The notes under the pieces are model-generated. The model was not told the DNA's origin, did not search any database, and was given only the letters and a program-made list of their open reading frames with translations. DNA of 63,420 bases, the filler included, from Octopus bimaculoides (taxonomy: Eukaryota): the NCBI RefSeq assembly GCF_001194135.2. It is 5 parts of 5 records of this genome, joined end to end, with 100 filler letters (N's around TTAATTAATTAA, not from the genome) between each part and the next. Parts side by side here need not be neighbours in the genome. Positions count along the whole stretch, not along the records: positions 30,970 to 57,160 come from NC_068990.1; positions 57,261 to 61,821 come from NC_069005.1; positions 61,922 to 63,420 come from NW_026380419.1; 2 more parts are not named here. The stretch is one strand, 5' to 3'. Below, in pieces: positions 49,215 through 63,255 of this stretch; the first letter of the stretch is position 1, and each line of letters opens with the position of its first letter. The position numbers and the translations under genes were made by a program.

Positions 49215-50075
49215 TGTCATCATCATCATCATCATCATTTAATGTCTGTTTTCCATGCTGGCTTGGGTTGGACAGTTTGACTGAGGTCTGGAGAGCTAGT
49301 GGCTGCACCAGGCTCCAATCTGATCTGGTAATTTTTCTACAGCTGGATACCCTTCCTAATGCCAACCATTCTAAGAGTGTAGTAGGTGCTTTTTATGTGC
49401 CACCGGCATGGGAACCAGTCAAGTTGGCCAGGTGTCGATCACATTCAGATGGTGCTTTTTACATACCACCGGCACAGGAGCCAGTCAGGGGGCACTGGCC
49501 ACAGCTACGATATTGGTTTTACTTGACTCAACATGTCTTCTCAAGCATATCATATCGTCCGACACATCAGGGGTATTCTTAACAGGGCTGAACATGCATG
49601 GTTGCGATCTCATTTTAGTTGCTGGGTCTTCTCAATCACAGCATATCTCCAAAGGTCCTAGTCTCCTGTCATTGCCTCTGTGAGATCCAATGTTCGAAGG
49701 TCATGCTTCACCACCTCATCCCATGTCTTCTTGGGTCTACCTCTTCCACAGGTTGCTTCTACTGTTAGGGAGTGGCACTTCCTCACACAGCTGTCTTCAT
49801 TCATATGTAATACATGACCATACCAGTGCAGATGCCTCTCTTACACACCACATTTGATGCTTCTTATGTCCAACTTTTCTCTCAGGGTACTTACACTCTG
49901 TTGTGTATGCACACTGATGTTACTCATCCAGCAGATCATACTAGCTTCATTTCTTTCAAGCCAATACGTGTCCTCAGCATTCATGGCCCATGTTTCACTG
50001 CTGTGTAGCATGGCAGTTTGCACACATGCATCATACAGTCTACCTTTCTTCCCTATCCACAGTACTTTAACTTTT
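49215..50075 (-). mobile_element. 5'-truncated RTE 3' end with complete tail
   Basis: MLHSSETWAM...WLERNEASM ORF end, hairpin repeat units and (GAT)n tail. Confidence 0.85.
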
Positions 50076-50952
50076 CATTATAACTGTCAGTTTCTGGTTG
50101 TTTGAAGCATTATATCTACTTTCCTCTCTCTTCTTTCCCACAGTACTTTAGCATGTTATTGTAACTGTATTTCTTTTTATGGTGACTTGTGGGATATATT
50201 CAGGGTAAACACTTGTGTACTGAGGAGTGCTGTGCTCTGTCTCTGAATGCAGGAGTTGATGTCTCATCTGGCTGTGAAGCAGTTCTGTGGGTGTTTCGGC
50301 CCCTTCCACCACTATGCCAGAGCTGCCTTGACTCACCCATCAGCATAAGCAACAGAATTCCTACAGAGCAGCACAAACCTTGCTGAGTCAGATGTAACTC
50401 AGGGTCAGATGTTTCTGTCACCCTCAATGCTTAATCCTACTGCGTAAAGGATATATATATCTATCTTCTCATCCAACTTTCTAACCTTTCTCTTTCATCA
50501 TCTCTCATCTTCAGTTTCTCAACATCTCATACTACCCCTCTTGCTTGTTGATCCTCCTCTCTGCCAAATCAATCCCTCAATATCAGTTTTAGTCCTATTT
50601 TTTTCCACACTATAGAAATGAATCAAAACATATTCCACTATACACATGTTAAATAAACTTTATATCAGTTTTATGAACTTAATATTGATTGATTTTTGTT
50701 CCTAGACATTCACCCTCACTTAGATTATAGGTTTTGTTTTCCCCCTATTATATTATATATTAACAAAGAGATATTTTTGTGCTGAGTTGTAAATATTTTA
50801 TCCAGAATCTATGCTTTAAAGTTTGGTAGCCTAGCAAACCGGTTCTAAGCATTTTGATAGCTAAACGGACCAGTTGTGGAGATGGTAGCTCATCTCTGTA
50901 TAGACACATATTCACATACACACACACACACAAACAAATGTGTATACATACA

Positions 50953-50981
<29 letters not shown>

Positions 50982-50983
<2 letters not shown>

Positions 50984-51597
50984 GTGAATAAAAATACAGA
51001 TATATAGAAGGGCTTATCAAGAAGGTATATACAATCGACTAAAAATTCTAAAGCGTGTCATGCGACTAAAAATCTACATAAAATAAAATATCAATTGACT
51101 AAAAATTTTTCTTACTCCTCTCAAACAAAGATACGTCAAAAAAGTTCATAATACAGTTCTATATTTAAAATCAAGTCAAACACACCTATTGGCCATTTCG
51201 GGAGTTCATTGCCACGGTTCGATTACAAGTTAAAGTGCATCTTGGCAATAACACCTTCATCAGGATTAATAGGAACCTCAACATGAGGGGGGTCATTGTC
51301 GAGATGCACTTTAACTCGTAATCAAACTGCAGCAATGAACTCCTGAAATGGCCAATAGGTGTGTTTGACTTGATTTTGTGGAACTCTTTTTGCTCCTGGA
51401 CTCCAACCTACTACGGTTTTTATGAAATGAACTTTTTTGACATACTTTTTTGTTTGAGGGGAGTAAGAAAAGTTTTTAGTCAATTGATATTTTATTTTAT
51501 TTAGATTTTTAGTCGCATGTCACGCTTTAGAATTTTTAGTCAATTGTATATACCTTCTTGATAGGCCGTTCTATATATCTGTATTTTTATTTGCATA
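50982..51597. mobile_element. fold-back MITE with ~250-300 bp arms
   Basis: tacagatatatagaagggcttatcaagaagg ... ccttcttgataggccgttctatatatctgta. The arms pair through to ~51250/51300. Confidence 0.8.
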
Positions 51598-51970
51598 TAT
51601 ATTTGTTACCTTCTGTGTTTTTATATATATATTCTTTATATGTTTAAGAGCCATGGCAATATTTATATATGACCAAATGTTTGGAGGTGTGGTGTTGTAT
51701 ATAAAGTTGTTGACTCAAATTTGATGTTTGTTCGCTGATCAATGTTTTTTTAATCTGTCTGAATTATATTTGAGCACTTCATTTTTGCAGTCTTATAAAC
51801 CCTTTGTCTCTATAAAAAGAGACAAAAATTATTTATTGTTGCATATATATATATATATATATATGGCTACACCAGGCCAAATCAAATTGGGGCCTGGTGT
51901 AGCCATCTGGTTCACCAGTCCTCAGTCAAATCGTCCAACCCATGCTAGCATGGAAAGCGGACATTAAACG

Positions 51971-52001
<31 letters not shown>

Positions 52002-53109
52002 TAGATGACACATACACATCCATGCACACATACATGCATGCACACACATATATAAGTTGGGACATCACTTGTGTTCATAGGCGACTTGGTATACCAAGCT
52101 TTCACTAATTGTTTTAGGTGCCTATGTAACTAGGTGCAGACATAAGTATCTTCTTGACCTTCCAACCCTAACTGTGCAAAACTGATTAAGATTATCTGAA
52201 ATGGATCTATAAAACTGAATACTTTGATTAATGTATAAGTGTGTGCCTTGAAGCACAACACATTACCAAAGTTCAGGCTTAGTAGTAGGTTCCACACCTC
52301 ACTCGTATATCTAGTGTTGTTCAATGCAGGGTATCAAATCATAGGATAGCGTGGAATAAGAGCCACATTATAGTTTATAAGATACAGCAAAAGTTTATGG
52401 TATATTATTTCTTATAAAACATACATGTGTTTCAGTAAATTAGTACCAGGTTTACATAATTGTTTGATGAAACATTATATAATCTTGTTAAATCACATCT
52501 TCAGTGTCTCGCAAAAAATACAATGAATAGTACTAAATGCTCAGTATATATTCCTGTCACATAATTTATCATCAAGTTTATCAGTAGCACAATGCAGTAA
52601 GAGATAAACAGATTACAGAGGTTTGAGGCCACACTTTCCCATATCTAAGTGGTCACATTCATGACATTGACATTAATAACAACAATGGCAATGATGATAA
52701 CAATAGTAGGTGTGGCAGCTACAGTATCAGCATTTTGGTCATCAAGGTAAACCAGAAAACAGTATCGCAAAAATGATCCTTTTGTTCATCTGGTAGTCTT
52801 GATTAAGACACATAGACAGAGATATAAGTTATTCTATTTTCCAAGACTTGTCTAAGCTTAAGTATCCTATCACATACTCTGACAACCTCAATCACTTTAT
52901 CTATTTCTCTGCTAAAAGTATGCCCACAACACCCACACTATTGTAACCCTCAGAGGTCTCCCCACTTTCGGGGATATTTTCTTTGATATTTTTTTGTTTT
53001 TGATATTTCCTTTGTTTGCACATTTTTTTAGGTAATATCACTCTATATCATTCTGAACTGTCCTTGATCCTTTTGTCAGTCCTAGTGGATAATAAAGAAA
53101 ACATTATCC

Positions 53110-53127
53110 TCCTCCTCCTCCTCCTCC

Positions 53128-53171
<44 letters not shown>

Positions 53172-54480
53172 GTTTAACATCCGTTTTCCATGCTGGCATG
53201 GGTTGACCGGTTTGACTGAGGTCTGGAGAGCCAGTGGCTGCACCAGGCTCCATTCTGATCTGGCAATGTTTCTACAGCTGGATGCCCTTCCTAATGCCAA
53301 CCACTTCAAAAGTGTAGTGGGTGCTTGTTACATGCCACCTGCACAGGAGCCAGTCAGCCAGGCCTGGCATCAATCACATTCAGATGGTGCTTTTTATGTG
53401 CCACCAGCATAGGAGCCACTCTGGGAGTACTGGCACTGGCCATGTTCAGATAGTGCGTTTTACATTCCACTGGTACCAGGAGCCAGTCAGGCAGCACTAG
53501 CATTGACCCACATTTGAATGGTGCTTATTACGTGCCACCAGTACAGGTGCCAGTCAGGCAGCACTGGCTACAACTATGATTTCAATTTCACTTGACTCAA
53601 CAGGTCTTCTCGAGCACATCATATCACCCAATGATTCAAGGGTACTTTTAAATGGGTCGGTTATGCAATACTGGCATTGGCCACAGCTTTGATCTCACTT
53701 TACTTGCCAGGTTTTCTCAATCACAGAATATCTCCAAAGGTCTTGGTCTCTTGTCATTGCCTCTGTGACATTGCCTCAAAGGTTGTGCTTCACCACCACA
53801 TCCCATGTCTTCCTGGGTCTACCTCTTCCACAGGTTCCTTCCACTGTTAGGGTGTGACACTTCTTCACACAGCTGTCCTCTTCCATACACAACACACGAG
53901 CATACCAGCGCAGTCGTCTCTCTTCCACACCATATCTCATGCTTGTCCAACTTTTCTTTCAGGACACTTCAACTCTGTCATGTATGCACACTGACATTAC
54001 ACATTGCAGATTGTACTAGCTTCATTTCTTTCAAGCCTACACATGTCCTCCACAGTCACGGCCCCTGTTCCACTGCTGTTCACACACATGCTTCATACAG
54101 TCTACCTTTCACTCTGAGCGAGAGGCCTTTGTTACCAGCAGAGGTAGGGGCTCTCTGAACTTTGCCCAGGCAATTCATATTCTAGCAGCTACACTCTCAG
54201 AGCATCCACCCCCACTACAGACTAGGTAGCGGAAGCTATCAACTACTTCTAGTTTTCTCCCCTGGCATGTGATGGAATCTGTTTTCTGTACATCTTTAGT
54301 GTTTATTGCCACTGTGCATCTGTCACACACAAAAACTATCTTCCTGGTTAACCTTCCTTTGATATTGCTGCACCTCTTATGTCACTATAGCCTACACCAG
54401 GTACATTTTATAGAGTTTTTTTATTCCTTTTCTACAGATTGAGCAGGGCCATCTATCTGGCCATCTACCTGAAGGGATTT
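53110..54480 (-). mobile_element. 5'-truncated RTE 3' end with complete tail
   Basis: Homologous to 2620-3970. Confidence 0.85.
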
Positions 54481-55152
54481 GTGATTTGTCTGCCTTCCTA
54501 CTTACTAAAACTTTGGCTTTTGCTAGGTTGACTCTAAGGCCCTTCTATTCTGTATATACGTATATGTGTGTGTATATATGCATGTGTTTATATGTATGTG
54601 TGTATTGTATGTATGTTGGTTGGTTGGCTGGTTGGTCAAATGATAGGCTTCTGTTTAGTTTCTGTCTACCAAATTCTATCATAACTTTAGGTTATGATAG
54701 AAAACTCTTACCCAAAGTGATGTATTGTGACAGGGCCAACCTTAAGCCGATAGAACTGATTGCTCCCAAGGAGGGGCCACATTCTATACTGTGACATTTC
54801 ATAAAGGTAGTCTCCCTGAAATCTTTTAAAAAAATATACATGGTCTTTTAAAAATAATAAAAAAGATACTTTCTACACTTTAGCGACACAAGATATCAAA
54901 ATATAAATCCTTGGGTTAGCTGCTAAATTTGAAGAAATTTATTGTATTTTTAGTGAAAGGGTCAATAAGTATGTTTGTATGTGAATGTTTGAGAGTGTTT
55001 ACGGGGATGTTTTGATAAAATATTTGTGTGTCTGTGGGAGTATGTATGTGAGTGAATCAGATGTATATATGTGTGTGTATGTTTTGTGTGTGTCAGTTTC
55101 TATAAATATGTTTAATTTTGGGGAAACTTTTTAATTTCAATACAGTGTATTT

Positions 55153-55194
<42 letters not shown>

Positions 55195-55283
55195 NNNNNN
55201 NNNNNNNNNNNNNNNNNNNNNNNNNNNNNNNNNNNNNNNNNNNNNNNNNNNNNNNNNNNNNNNNNNNNNNNNNTTTCAATACA

Positions 55284-55323
<40 letters not shown>

Positions 55324-56075
55324 TAATAAATGGAGTAATACGCATATGTTCAATGAGCTAAGTTGGATCCTATGTATTTCCCTGAAGAGAAGATTACATC
55401 TTTATCAACATCACTTATTGCTTTGGAAGGAACCATTTGTAATCTTCGAAACATATGTTGGAAATAAAAGAATTCATTTAACATATGCGTATTACTCCAT
55501 TTATCAAATTTTATATTTACTCAAATGCCCAAAATAACAGGGAGTTTCTACCTCATAAACAGGAGTTACGCCACAGTCATTTTGTGATCTTTGCTACCCT
55601 GGTATCTATTAACCAATCTATTTTGTCGGAGTTAATTATTAACTAAGAGAAAATAAATATATATATATATATATATGTGTGTGTATGTATGTATATATGT
55701 ATGTATGTATGTATGTATGTTTGTATGTATGTATGTATTAAAGAAAGCAAAAAAGAATGATAAAAGCAAAAGACTAAATGGATGTGTATGTGTAAAAGAA
55801 TTCAGTACTCAGTATTTTGGGTGCAATGGTTAAAGGTTAAAAGTTCAATTATTTTTGGTAGTGGTTTAGTTGAGGTCTTTGTATTTATGTGTATGATTGT
55901 ATGTATCTGTATTTTCATTTTGTGGGGAATTGTATACATACACACATACATGCGTGTGTATGTGTGTGTGTATAGTTGGTGAGAGAAAGATGGGAGAGAT
56001 GAGATAAAATTTCTTGTTCAAGAGGGAAAACCTCTTTGCAATGGCACTCATTCAGGTTTTGGGCAAGGACAAGCG

Positions 56076-56126
<51 letters not shown>

Positions 56127-56881
56127 GGCTATAATAGGAGATATTTGGTGCCATACACTAGTGCTAAATCCAGAAACTAAGCTAAGGAACAAAGTTTATG
56201 CTACGCAGGCAGGACTGTGTCTTACAACAAAGCTTACAGAAAAAAATAAATTGGTAAGTATATAACCACCTTCCAAAAAATTCTAATTAATAATTATTAT
56301 TAATTTGCATTTTATGTATTTCTTTGGGATCTTGTTAAATTTCTTTCTGATTTTTGCCAGAATATTTTTGAAAGGCGTAGTTTAGATGTAGTTTAAATTT
56401 ACAGTTTAACAACACCGAACTTGATTTCTGTGAGAAATAATGTTTTTCCTCATTTTCCTTTTTTCTTGTGCTATCAACTAATCTCGTCTCCTAATATACA
56501 GCAAAGACATTTTTCCACTGAAATTGGAATCCCTCAGAATCCTCCTCTCACTTCGGAGTTACATTTTTCCTTGTTTTTTTTCCATGTGTTTTCAACTATT
56601 CTCGGCTCCTAGTATACTGCAAAGGACTTTTTTCCCCTTTGTGGCATATTAGATCAGAATAGTAGCTGTTTTTTTATGCCTATTATCTGCTATTTCTAGC
56701 ATTCTAAACAACCACGTTAAGGGCTGGATACCTTTGAGTTTATTTAAAAGAGAGAGAAAGATGCTTTACACAACAAATTCTGATATAATCGTAATCTACA
56801 CCATCTGAGATGTATATGCAGAAAATTTTATTGACAAATATCCCTGTTTCAAAAAGTTATCACACACACATACACATACAT

Positions 56882-57050
56882 AGGCACAGGAGTGGCTGTG
56901 TGGTAAGTAGCTTGCTTACCAACCACATGGTTCCGGGTTCAGTCCCACTGCGTGGCACCTTGGGCAAGTGTCTTCTACTATAGCCTCGGGCCGCCGACCA
57001 AAGCCTTGTGAATGGATTTGGTAGACGGAAACTGAAAGAAGCCCATCGTA

Positions 57051-57099
<49 letters not shown>

Positions 57100-57160
57100 G
57101 TGTTTGTGTGTCTGTGTTTGTCCCCCACCATCGCTTGACAACTGATGCTGGTGTGTTTAC
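56882..57160 (+). mobile_element. SINE family A, near-consensus CpG-rich copy
   Basis: ggagtggctgtgtggtaag...ggttccgggttcagtcccactgcgtggc...; truncated by a gap. Confidence 0.88.
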
Positions 57161-57677
57161 NNNNNNNNNNNNNNNNNNNNNNNNNNNNNNNNNNNNNNNN
57201 NNNNTTAATTAATTAANNNNNNNNNNNNNNNNNNNNNNNNNNNNNNNNNNNNNNNNNNNNATATGTTGTTTTCGTTCCAGCACTCGATCTCAGATCAGGT
57301 CACTTGCTATGCAAGTACATTTCCGTAATACTCAAATTTTCTAATAGAGCTAAGAATATACTATACTTCTAAGAAGTGTAGTATATTCGTAGTATATTCT
57401 TAGTATAAGGAGCAGCATGGACTCTTCCCCTCTTCTTGCTTTATGAGAGTATTTGAGTAAAATCATATTAATGTGTCTAACCGATTAAAAATTTGCAAAT
57501 AGCAATTTATATATATAACCGCTAAGTTACGGGGACGTAAACACACCAACATCATTTTTCAGGAGGATATGGAGGACACAGACTAAAAGACACACACACA
57601 AATATACGACGGGCTTCTTTCAGTTTTCGTCTACCAAATCCACGCGCAGTGCTTCACACTACTCAGTCACACCTGCG

Positions 57678-57752
<75 letters not shown>

Positions 57753-58518
57753 NNNNNNNNNNNNNNNNNNNNNNNNNNNNNNNNNNNNNNNNNNNNNNNN
57801 NNNNNNNNNNNNNNNNNNNNNNNNNNNNNNNNNNNNNNNNNNNNNNNNNNNNNNNNNNNNNNNNNNNNNNNNNNNNNNNNNNNNNNNNNNNNNNNNNNNN
57901 NNNNNNNNNNNNNNNNNNNNNNNNNNNNNNNNNNNNNNNNNNNNNNNNNNNNNNNNNNNNNNNNNNNNNNNNNNNNNNNNNNNNNNNNNNNNNNNNNNNN
58001 NNNNNNNNNNNNNNNNNNNNNNNNNNNNNNNNNNNNNNNNNNNNNNNNNNNNNNNNNNNNNNNNNNNNNNNNNNNNNNNNNNNNNNNNNNNNNNNNNNNN
58101 NNNNNNNNNNNNNNNNNNNNNNNNNNNNNNNNNNNNNNNNNNNNNNNNNNNNNNNNNNNNNNNNNNNNNNNNNNNNNNNNNNNNNNNNNNNNNNNNNNNN
58201 NNNNNNNNNNNNNNNNNNNNNNNNNNNNNNNNNNNNNNNNNNNNNNNNNNNNNNNNNNNNNNNNNNNNNNNNNNNNNNNNNNNNNNNNNNNNNNNNNNNN
58301 NNNNNNNNNNNNNNNNNNNNNNNNNNNNNNNNNNNNNNNNNNNNNNNNNNNNNNNNNNNNNNNNNNNNNNNNNNNNNNNNNNNNNNNNNNNNNNNNNNNN
58401 NNNNNNNNNNNNNNNNNNNNNNNNNNNNNNNNNNNNNNNNNNNNNNNNNNNNNNNNNNNNNNNNNNNNNNNNNNNNNNNNNNNNNNNNNNNNNNNNNNNN
58501 NNNNNNNNNNNNNNNNNN

Positions 58519-58553
<35 letters not shown>

Positions 58554-59269
58554 CATGTACGTCATATTCTGGCGTGGACAGAATGATTAGAAGAATGCAA
58601 ATGTTTTCAGGAAATACATTACAAGAATTACAAACGAAGTAGAAGGTTTAAGGTACAGTAGCTGTAATGAAAGCGGCAGTGGTAATGATGATGGTGGTAT
58701 TGAAGCTGCTGCTTCTGCTGCTGCTGCTGCAGATGATAATGATGATGATGATGATGATGATGATTTAGTATTGCAGTAAGAATCTAAACATTGTTCAGTT
58801 TGATAAATTGTTTTCACAATCATTTGTTTCTCTCTTTCTCTCTTACACTTTGAAGAAAGACAAGTGTGTGAAACGTTATGTTCTCCACTCTTCCCGTTAA
58901 AACCTAATCTATTAATTTCTCCAACAAACGCCCTTATGTAACATTAATATTGTTACCTATGGAATTAGATCAACACCAGTTTCTTTCATCTTCACAGTTT
59001 GCTTTATTTTCTGAAGTTGGTTCAAAAGAAATTTGGACTGAATCCTGAAACACGTAGATCCAAGGTTAACCATATTAGTCAAAATATGTTGTGAAACCAA
59101 AAGAAAATTGCCATGTTGCGCCCAAAGATACAACCCGAAATGATGTATGGATGTTCTGTTGCTATCTTCAAATAAAGATTTGGTCGAGGTTATAAAGTCA
59201 TTGATTCAACCTGTTCAAACCTTAAGGCTGAATTTGAACTAAGAGTCTTCCGAATTTTATTTATCTTTT

Positions 59270-60150
59270 GCTTGTTTCCGTCACTGGTTGTGGCCATGCA
59301 GGAGCACCGCTTTGAAGGGTTTAGTCGAACAAATTGATCCCAGTACTTATTTTCCAAGTCTGGTACTTATTCTGTCGAACACATTTGCCGAACCGCTTTA
59401 CAAGAATGTAAAGAATGTAAACAAACCAACATCGGTTGTAGAGCGATGGGGAGGGGGGACAAACACAAACACGAAGAAAACACACATCTAATAATATATA
59501 TACGTATATACGACGGGCTTCCACATAGTTTCCGTCTACCAAGTTCATTCACAACACATTGGTTGGCTTGAGACTACAGCAGAAGACACTCACCAAAGGT
59601 TTCGTGCAACCACTTGGTCGAAAAGCGTGCTTCTTAATTAGACAACCGTGCCTGCACTCATACCAGTGTTTCTGTACTTTTATTCATTTAGTTAGTGTGT
59701 CCAGGTGTAATAAGGGCTTTCCAACATTAGAGGAGGTCACTATGTCAAACGATGATTTAAATTTTAATGTAGGTGTTTCGCTGTTTCTCGACAGTCAAAA
59801 ATACAAATCATTCCCTTTTGGTAGAGAATTGCACACAATAGACCAGCGATCCATTGTGTAGCAGCATAATCTCTCATCACTTTTATATTTTATACTATGT
59901 TAAAGCATCTCCTATATGATTCGCGATTCATTTGATAACATATTCCATGTAATATTTTATCTTTTACTTGTTTCAGTCAGTTGACTGCGGCCATGCTGGG
60001 GCCCTGCCATAAAGAAATTTTAGCAGAATGAATCGACCCCGGTACTTAGCTTTTGTTAAACCTGGTACTCATTTTATAGGTCTCTTTTGACGAACCGCAA
60101 GGTTACAGGGGCAAAACACACTAACACCGGTTGTCAAGCGCTAGACATGG
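59270..60150 (-). mobile_element. SINE family A copies (59270-59660 and 59960-60150)
   Basis: Reverse complement of family A. Confidence 0.78.
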
Positions 60151-60835
60151 ATATATATGTATGTGTATNNNNNNNNNNNNNNNNNNNNNNNNNNNNNNNN
60201 NNNNNNNNNNNNNNNNNNNNNNNNNNNNNNNNNNNNNNNNNNNNNNNNNNNNNNNNNNNNNNNNNNNNNNNNNNNNNNNNNNNNNNNNNNNNNNNNNNNN
60301 NNNNNNNNNNNNNNNNNNNNNNNNNNNNNNNNNNNNNNNNNNNNNNNNNNNNNNNNNNNNNNNNNNNNNNNNNNNNNNNNNNNNNNNNNNNNNNNNNNNN
60401 NNNNNNNNNNNNNNNNNNNNNNNNNNNNNNNNNNNNNNNNNNNNNNNNNNNNNNNNNNNNNNNNNNNNNNNNNNNNNNNNNNNNNNNNNNNNNNNNNNNN
60501 NNNNNNNNNNNNNNNNNNNNNNNNNNNNNNNNNNNNNNNNNNNNNNNNNNNNNNNNNNNNNNNNNNNNNNNNNNNNNNNNNNNNNNNNNNNNNNNNNNNN
60601 NNNNNNNNNNNNNNNNNNNNNNNNNNNNNNNNNNNNNNNNNNNNNNNNNNNNNNNNNNNNNNNNNNNNNNNNNNNNNNNNNNNNNNNNNNNNNNNNNNNN
60701 NNNNNNNNNNNNNNNNNNNNNNNNNNNNNNATATATGTATGTATATATACATATATGTAGAGAGAGAGGCAGTTATATATATATATATAAACACCAGGTT
60801 GGATTGTTTCATCAAAAAGAAGAATTATAGTTCTC

Positions 60836-61083
60836 ACTAAATGTGACTAGGGCGTTAAGAAACACCTACATTGCTAGAAATAAGAGTTAAAATGCTCTAA
60901 TGCTGTAGTTAACGCACATGAATGAAAACATGTTCACAAACAGGGACCATAATTGCCCGAAAAATACCGACCGAGAATTCTTAAGACTGACGTCAGATTC
61001 GGCTATTTCCGTTGCCATCATTAGAGTATTTTAACTCTTATTTCTAGTAATGTAGGCCTTTTAACACCTTAGCCACATTTAGT
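60836..61083. mobile_element. fold-back MITE, relative of 17071-17448
   Basis: actaaatgtgactagggcgtt ... aacaccttagccacatttagt. Confidence 0.75.
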
Positions 61084-61704
61084 TTACACACACACACACA
61101 CACGTCAATGAACCTCCCAAAACTAGACACCGATATTAAGCATCGTCCAACCCTAATGATGTTAAGAAAAGCAAACAATATCAAAGTAAGCGATCTTCAC
61201 AAATACTTTCCACTTTACAAGAATGAAGGATAATCCAGAATAACGAAATTAAGATATAAGAAATTTACGATTTCTAATATGTGCATTCCCGTCATCAGCT
61301 GCTCTTAAATTATCACTGTTGTTTCGACATCTGGGCAATACCACTCAGTCCAACAGTGTGCACAGCGTTAAAAATATAAGCGCTGCCCGGCATTCCACCA
61401 GCTTATTGCCACAGACAACAGAATAAACCTAAACAAACAGTGATAATTTATAGGTACAAATTAGTATTCATAACATGGAGATAATTCCCAAAAAGGCCGT
61501 ACTGACAATGCAACAAACATAGACAGCTAGGTACTGTTCCTCAACTAACAGCACATCACGAAATCATGAACATGATATCATACCAACATTAAGACAAGCC
61601 TAATAAAGATTAGCAGGACAGTACAGCTCGTAAACAAAGTTCTCGAACTACGTGCAAGAAAAAGGACAAGGCTAGAATATTATCAATGAAACAAGCTCAA
61701 TAAT

Positions 61705-61735
<31 letters not shown>

Positions 61736-62449
61736 TCGTGACAAATTGAATATTAATTTGACGAATAGCCTAAGAGTCCGTAAGTTAGAAAAAAAATAGG
61801 CAATCGTATATTTGTCAATAGNNNNNNNNNNNNNNNNNNNNNNNNNNNNNNNNNNNNNNNNNNNNTTAATTAATTAANNNNNNNNNNNNNNNNNNNNNNN
61901 NNNNNNNNNNNNNNNNNNNNNAGGAGAAAGAGACAGGTTGACGGATAGAAAGATAGACCGTGGTAATTAAGTATCGCAGATCTCCGGGAGTTCCTCTTTA
62001 AAAGATGATGACATTCTCAAATTGGATGTCAACCTAATGATTCCATTTGCAGTGCCCCTCTTTTATTACTGAATACCACCGTTTTTCTTTTCTTTCTCTT
62101 TTCTGTCTTTTCTTTTCTCTCTCTCTCTCTCTTTCTGTTTTCCGTTTCCACTCAACTCCATATCTTTACTATCGGCTGATATGCGATATTTGCCAGCAAG
62201 TCTGCTCGTCTGCATTTTAACTCTCTTCCATTCTGTTTGTACGTGTTAATGCATATATGAATGTGTGTTGTATGTTTGTATGTATGTATGCATACATGTA
62301 TACATCCATGTATCTATACGTACATACATATGCAAACTTACGCTCACACTGCACACACACACACACACACACACAAGTATATGAAATATGAAGGGAAACT
62401 GAAAAGATCCTGATTTTGCGTTATACAGAAAATACAGGAGGATCAGTGG

Positions 62450-62815
62450 AAGCGCAATGGCCCAGTGATTAGGGGAGCGGACTCGCGGTTTCGATTCCCA
62501 GACCGGGCGTTGTGTGCATCTTGAGCGAAAACACCTAAAGCTCCACGAGGCTCCGGCTGCGGATGGTGGCGAACTCTGCTGTACTCTTTCACCACAACGT
62601 TCTCTCACTCTTACTTCCTGTTTCTGTTGTACTTGTATTTCAAAGGGTCAGCCTTGTCACACTGTGTCACGCTGAATATCCCCGAGAACTACGTTAAGGG
62701 TACACGTGTCTGTGGAGTGCTCAGCCACTTGCACGTTAATTTCACAAGCAGGCTGTTCTGTTGATCGGATCAACTGGAACCCTCGACGTCGTAAGCGACG
62801 GAGTGCCAACAAACA
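62450..62815 (+). mobile_element. tRNA-derived SINE (family C-related), near full length
   Basis: ggaagcgcaatggcccagtg A box and ttcgattccc B box. The body gctgaatatccccgagaactacgttaagggtacacgtgtctg is shared with 16100-16150. Confidence 0.8.
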
Positions 62816-63049
62816 ACAGGAGGATCAGTTGATTATGATTTCATTCAACATATTCATTCCCCTCTCAGATAAACGCACCTATTGTTATGGTCTTCAGGTT
62901 CCTAAGCTCAGTACAATAACTTGGAATGTTGGACCACCAGCCAGGCCTTTCTCAATAGCCTTAGAGCCAAAAATTTTTCATCACCCCCCGTATATGAATT
63001 TATGTGATCGACTGCTTATCTTCTTGATCTGTTGGACTATCCATTTGTC

Positions 63050-63087
63050 TCTCTGTCTGACTTTCTTTCTTTCTTTCTTTCTTTCAT

Positions 63088-63156
<69 letters not shown>

Positions 63157-63255
63157 TACATTTTTGTTCAGCGTTCGTTTATCGCTTTATTTTTACAGTT
63201 ATCCTTCCTTCCTTCCTTCCTTCCTTCCTTCCTTCTTTCCTTCCTTCCTTCTTTC
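63050..63255. repeat. (CTTT)n and (CCTT)n microsatellites
   Basis: Direct reading. Confidence 0.95.

Noticed and set aside
50125-50210. Very strong plus-strand acceptor (ttctttcccacag) as an exon start
   Set aside because: ccacagtacttta is duplicated at the adjacent RTE truncation point (~50055-50070), and the downstream peptide is unconvincing.
16068-60840. Long ORFs in the supplied track containing X runs
   Set aside because: They are translations of N gaps and flanking (TA)n.
61305-61450. Hammerhead-like gaaac with short inverted repeats
   Set aside because: Lacks the CUGANGA core and cleavage triplet; only a small inverted repeat.
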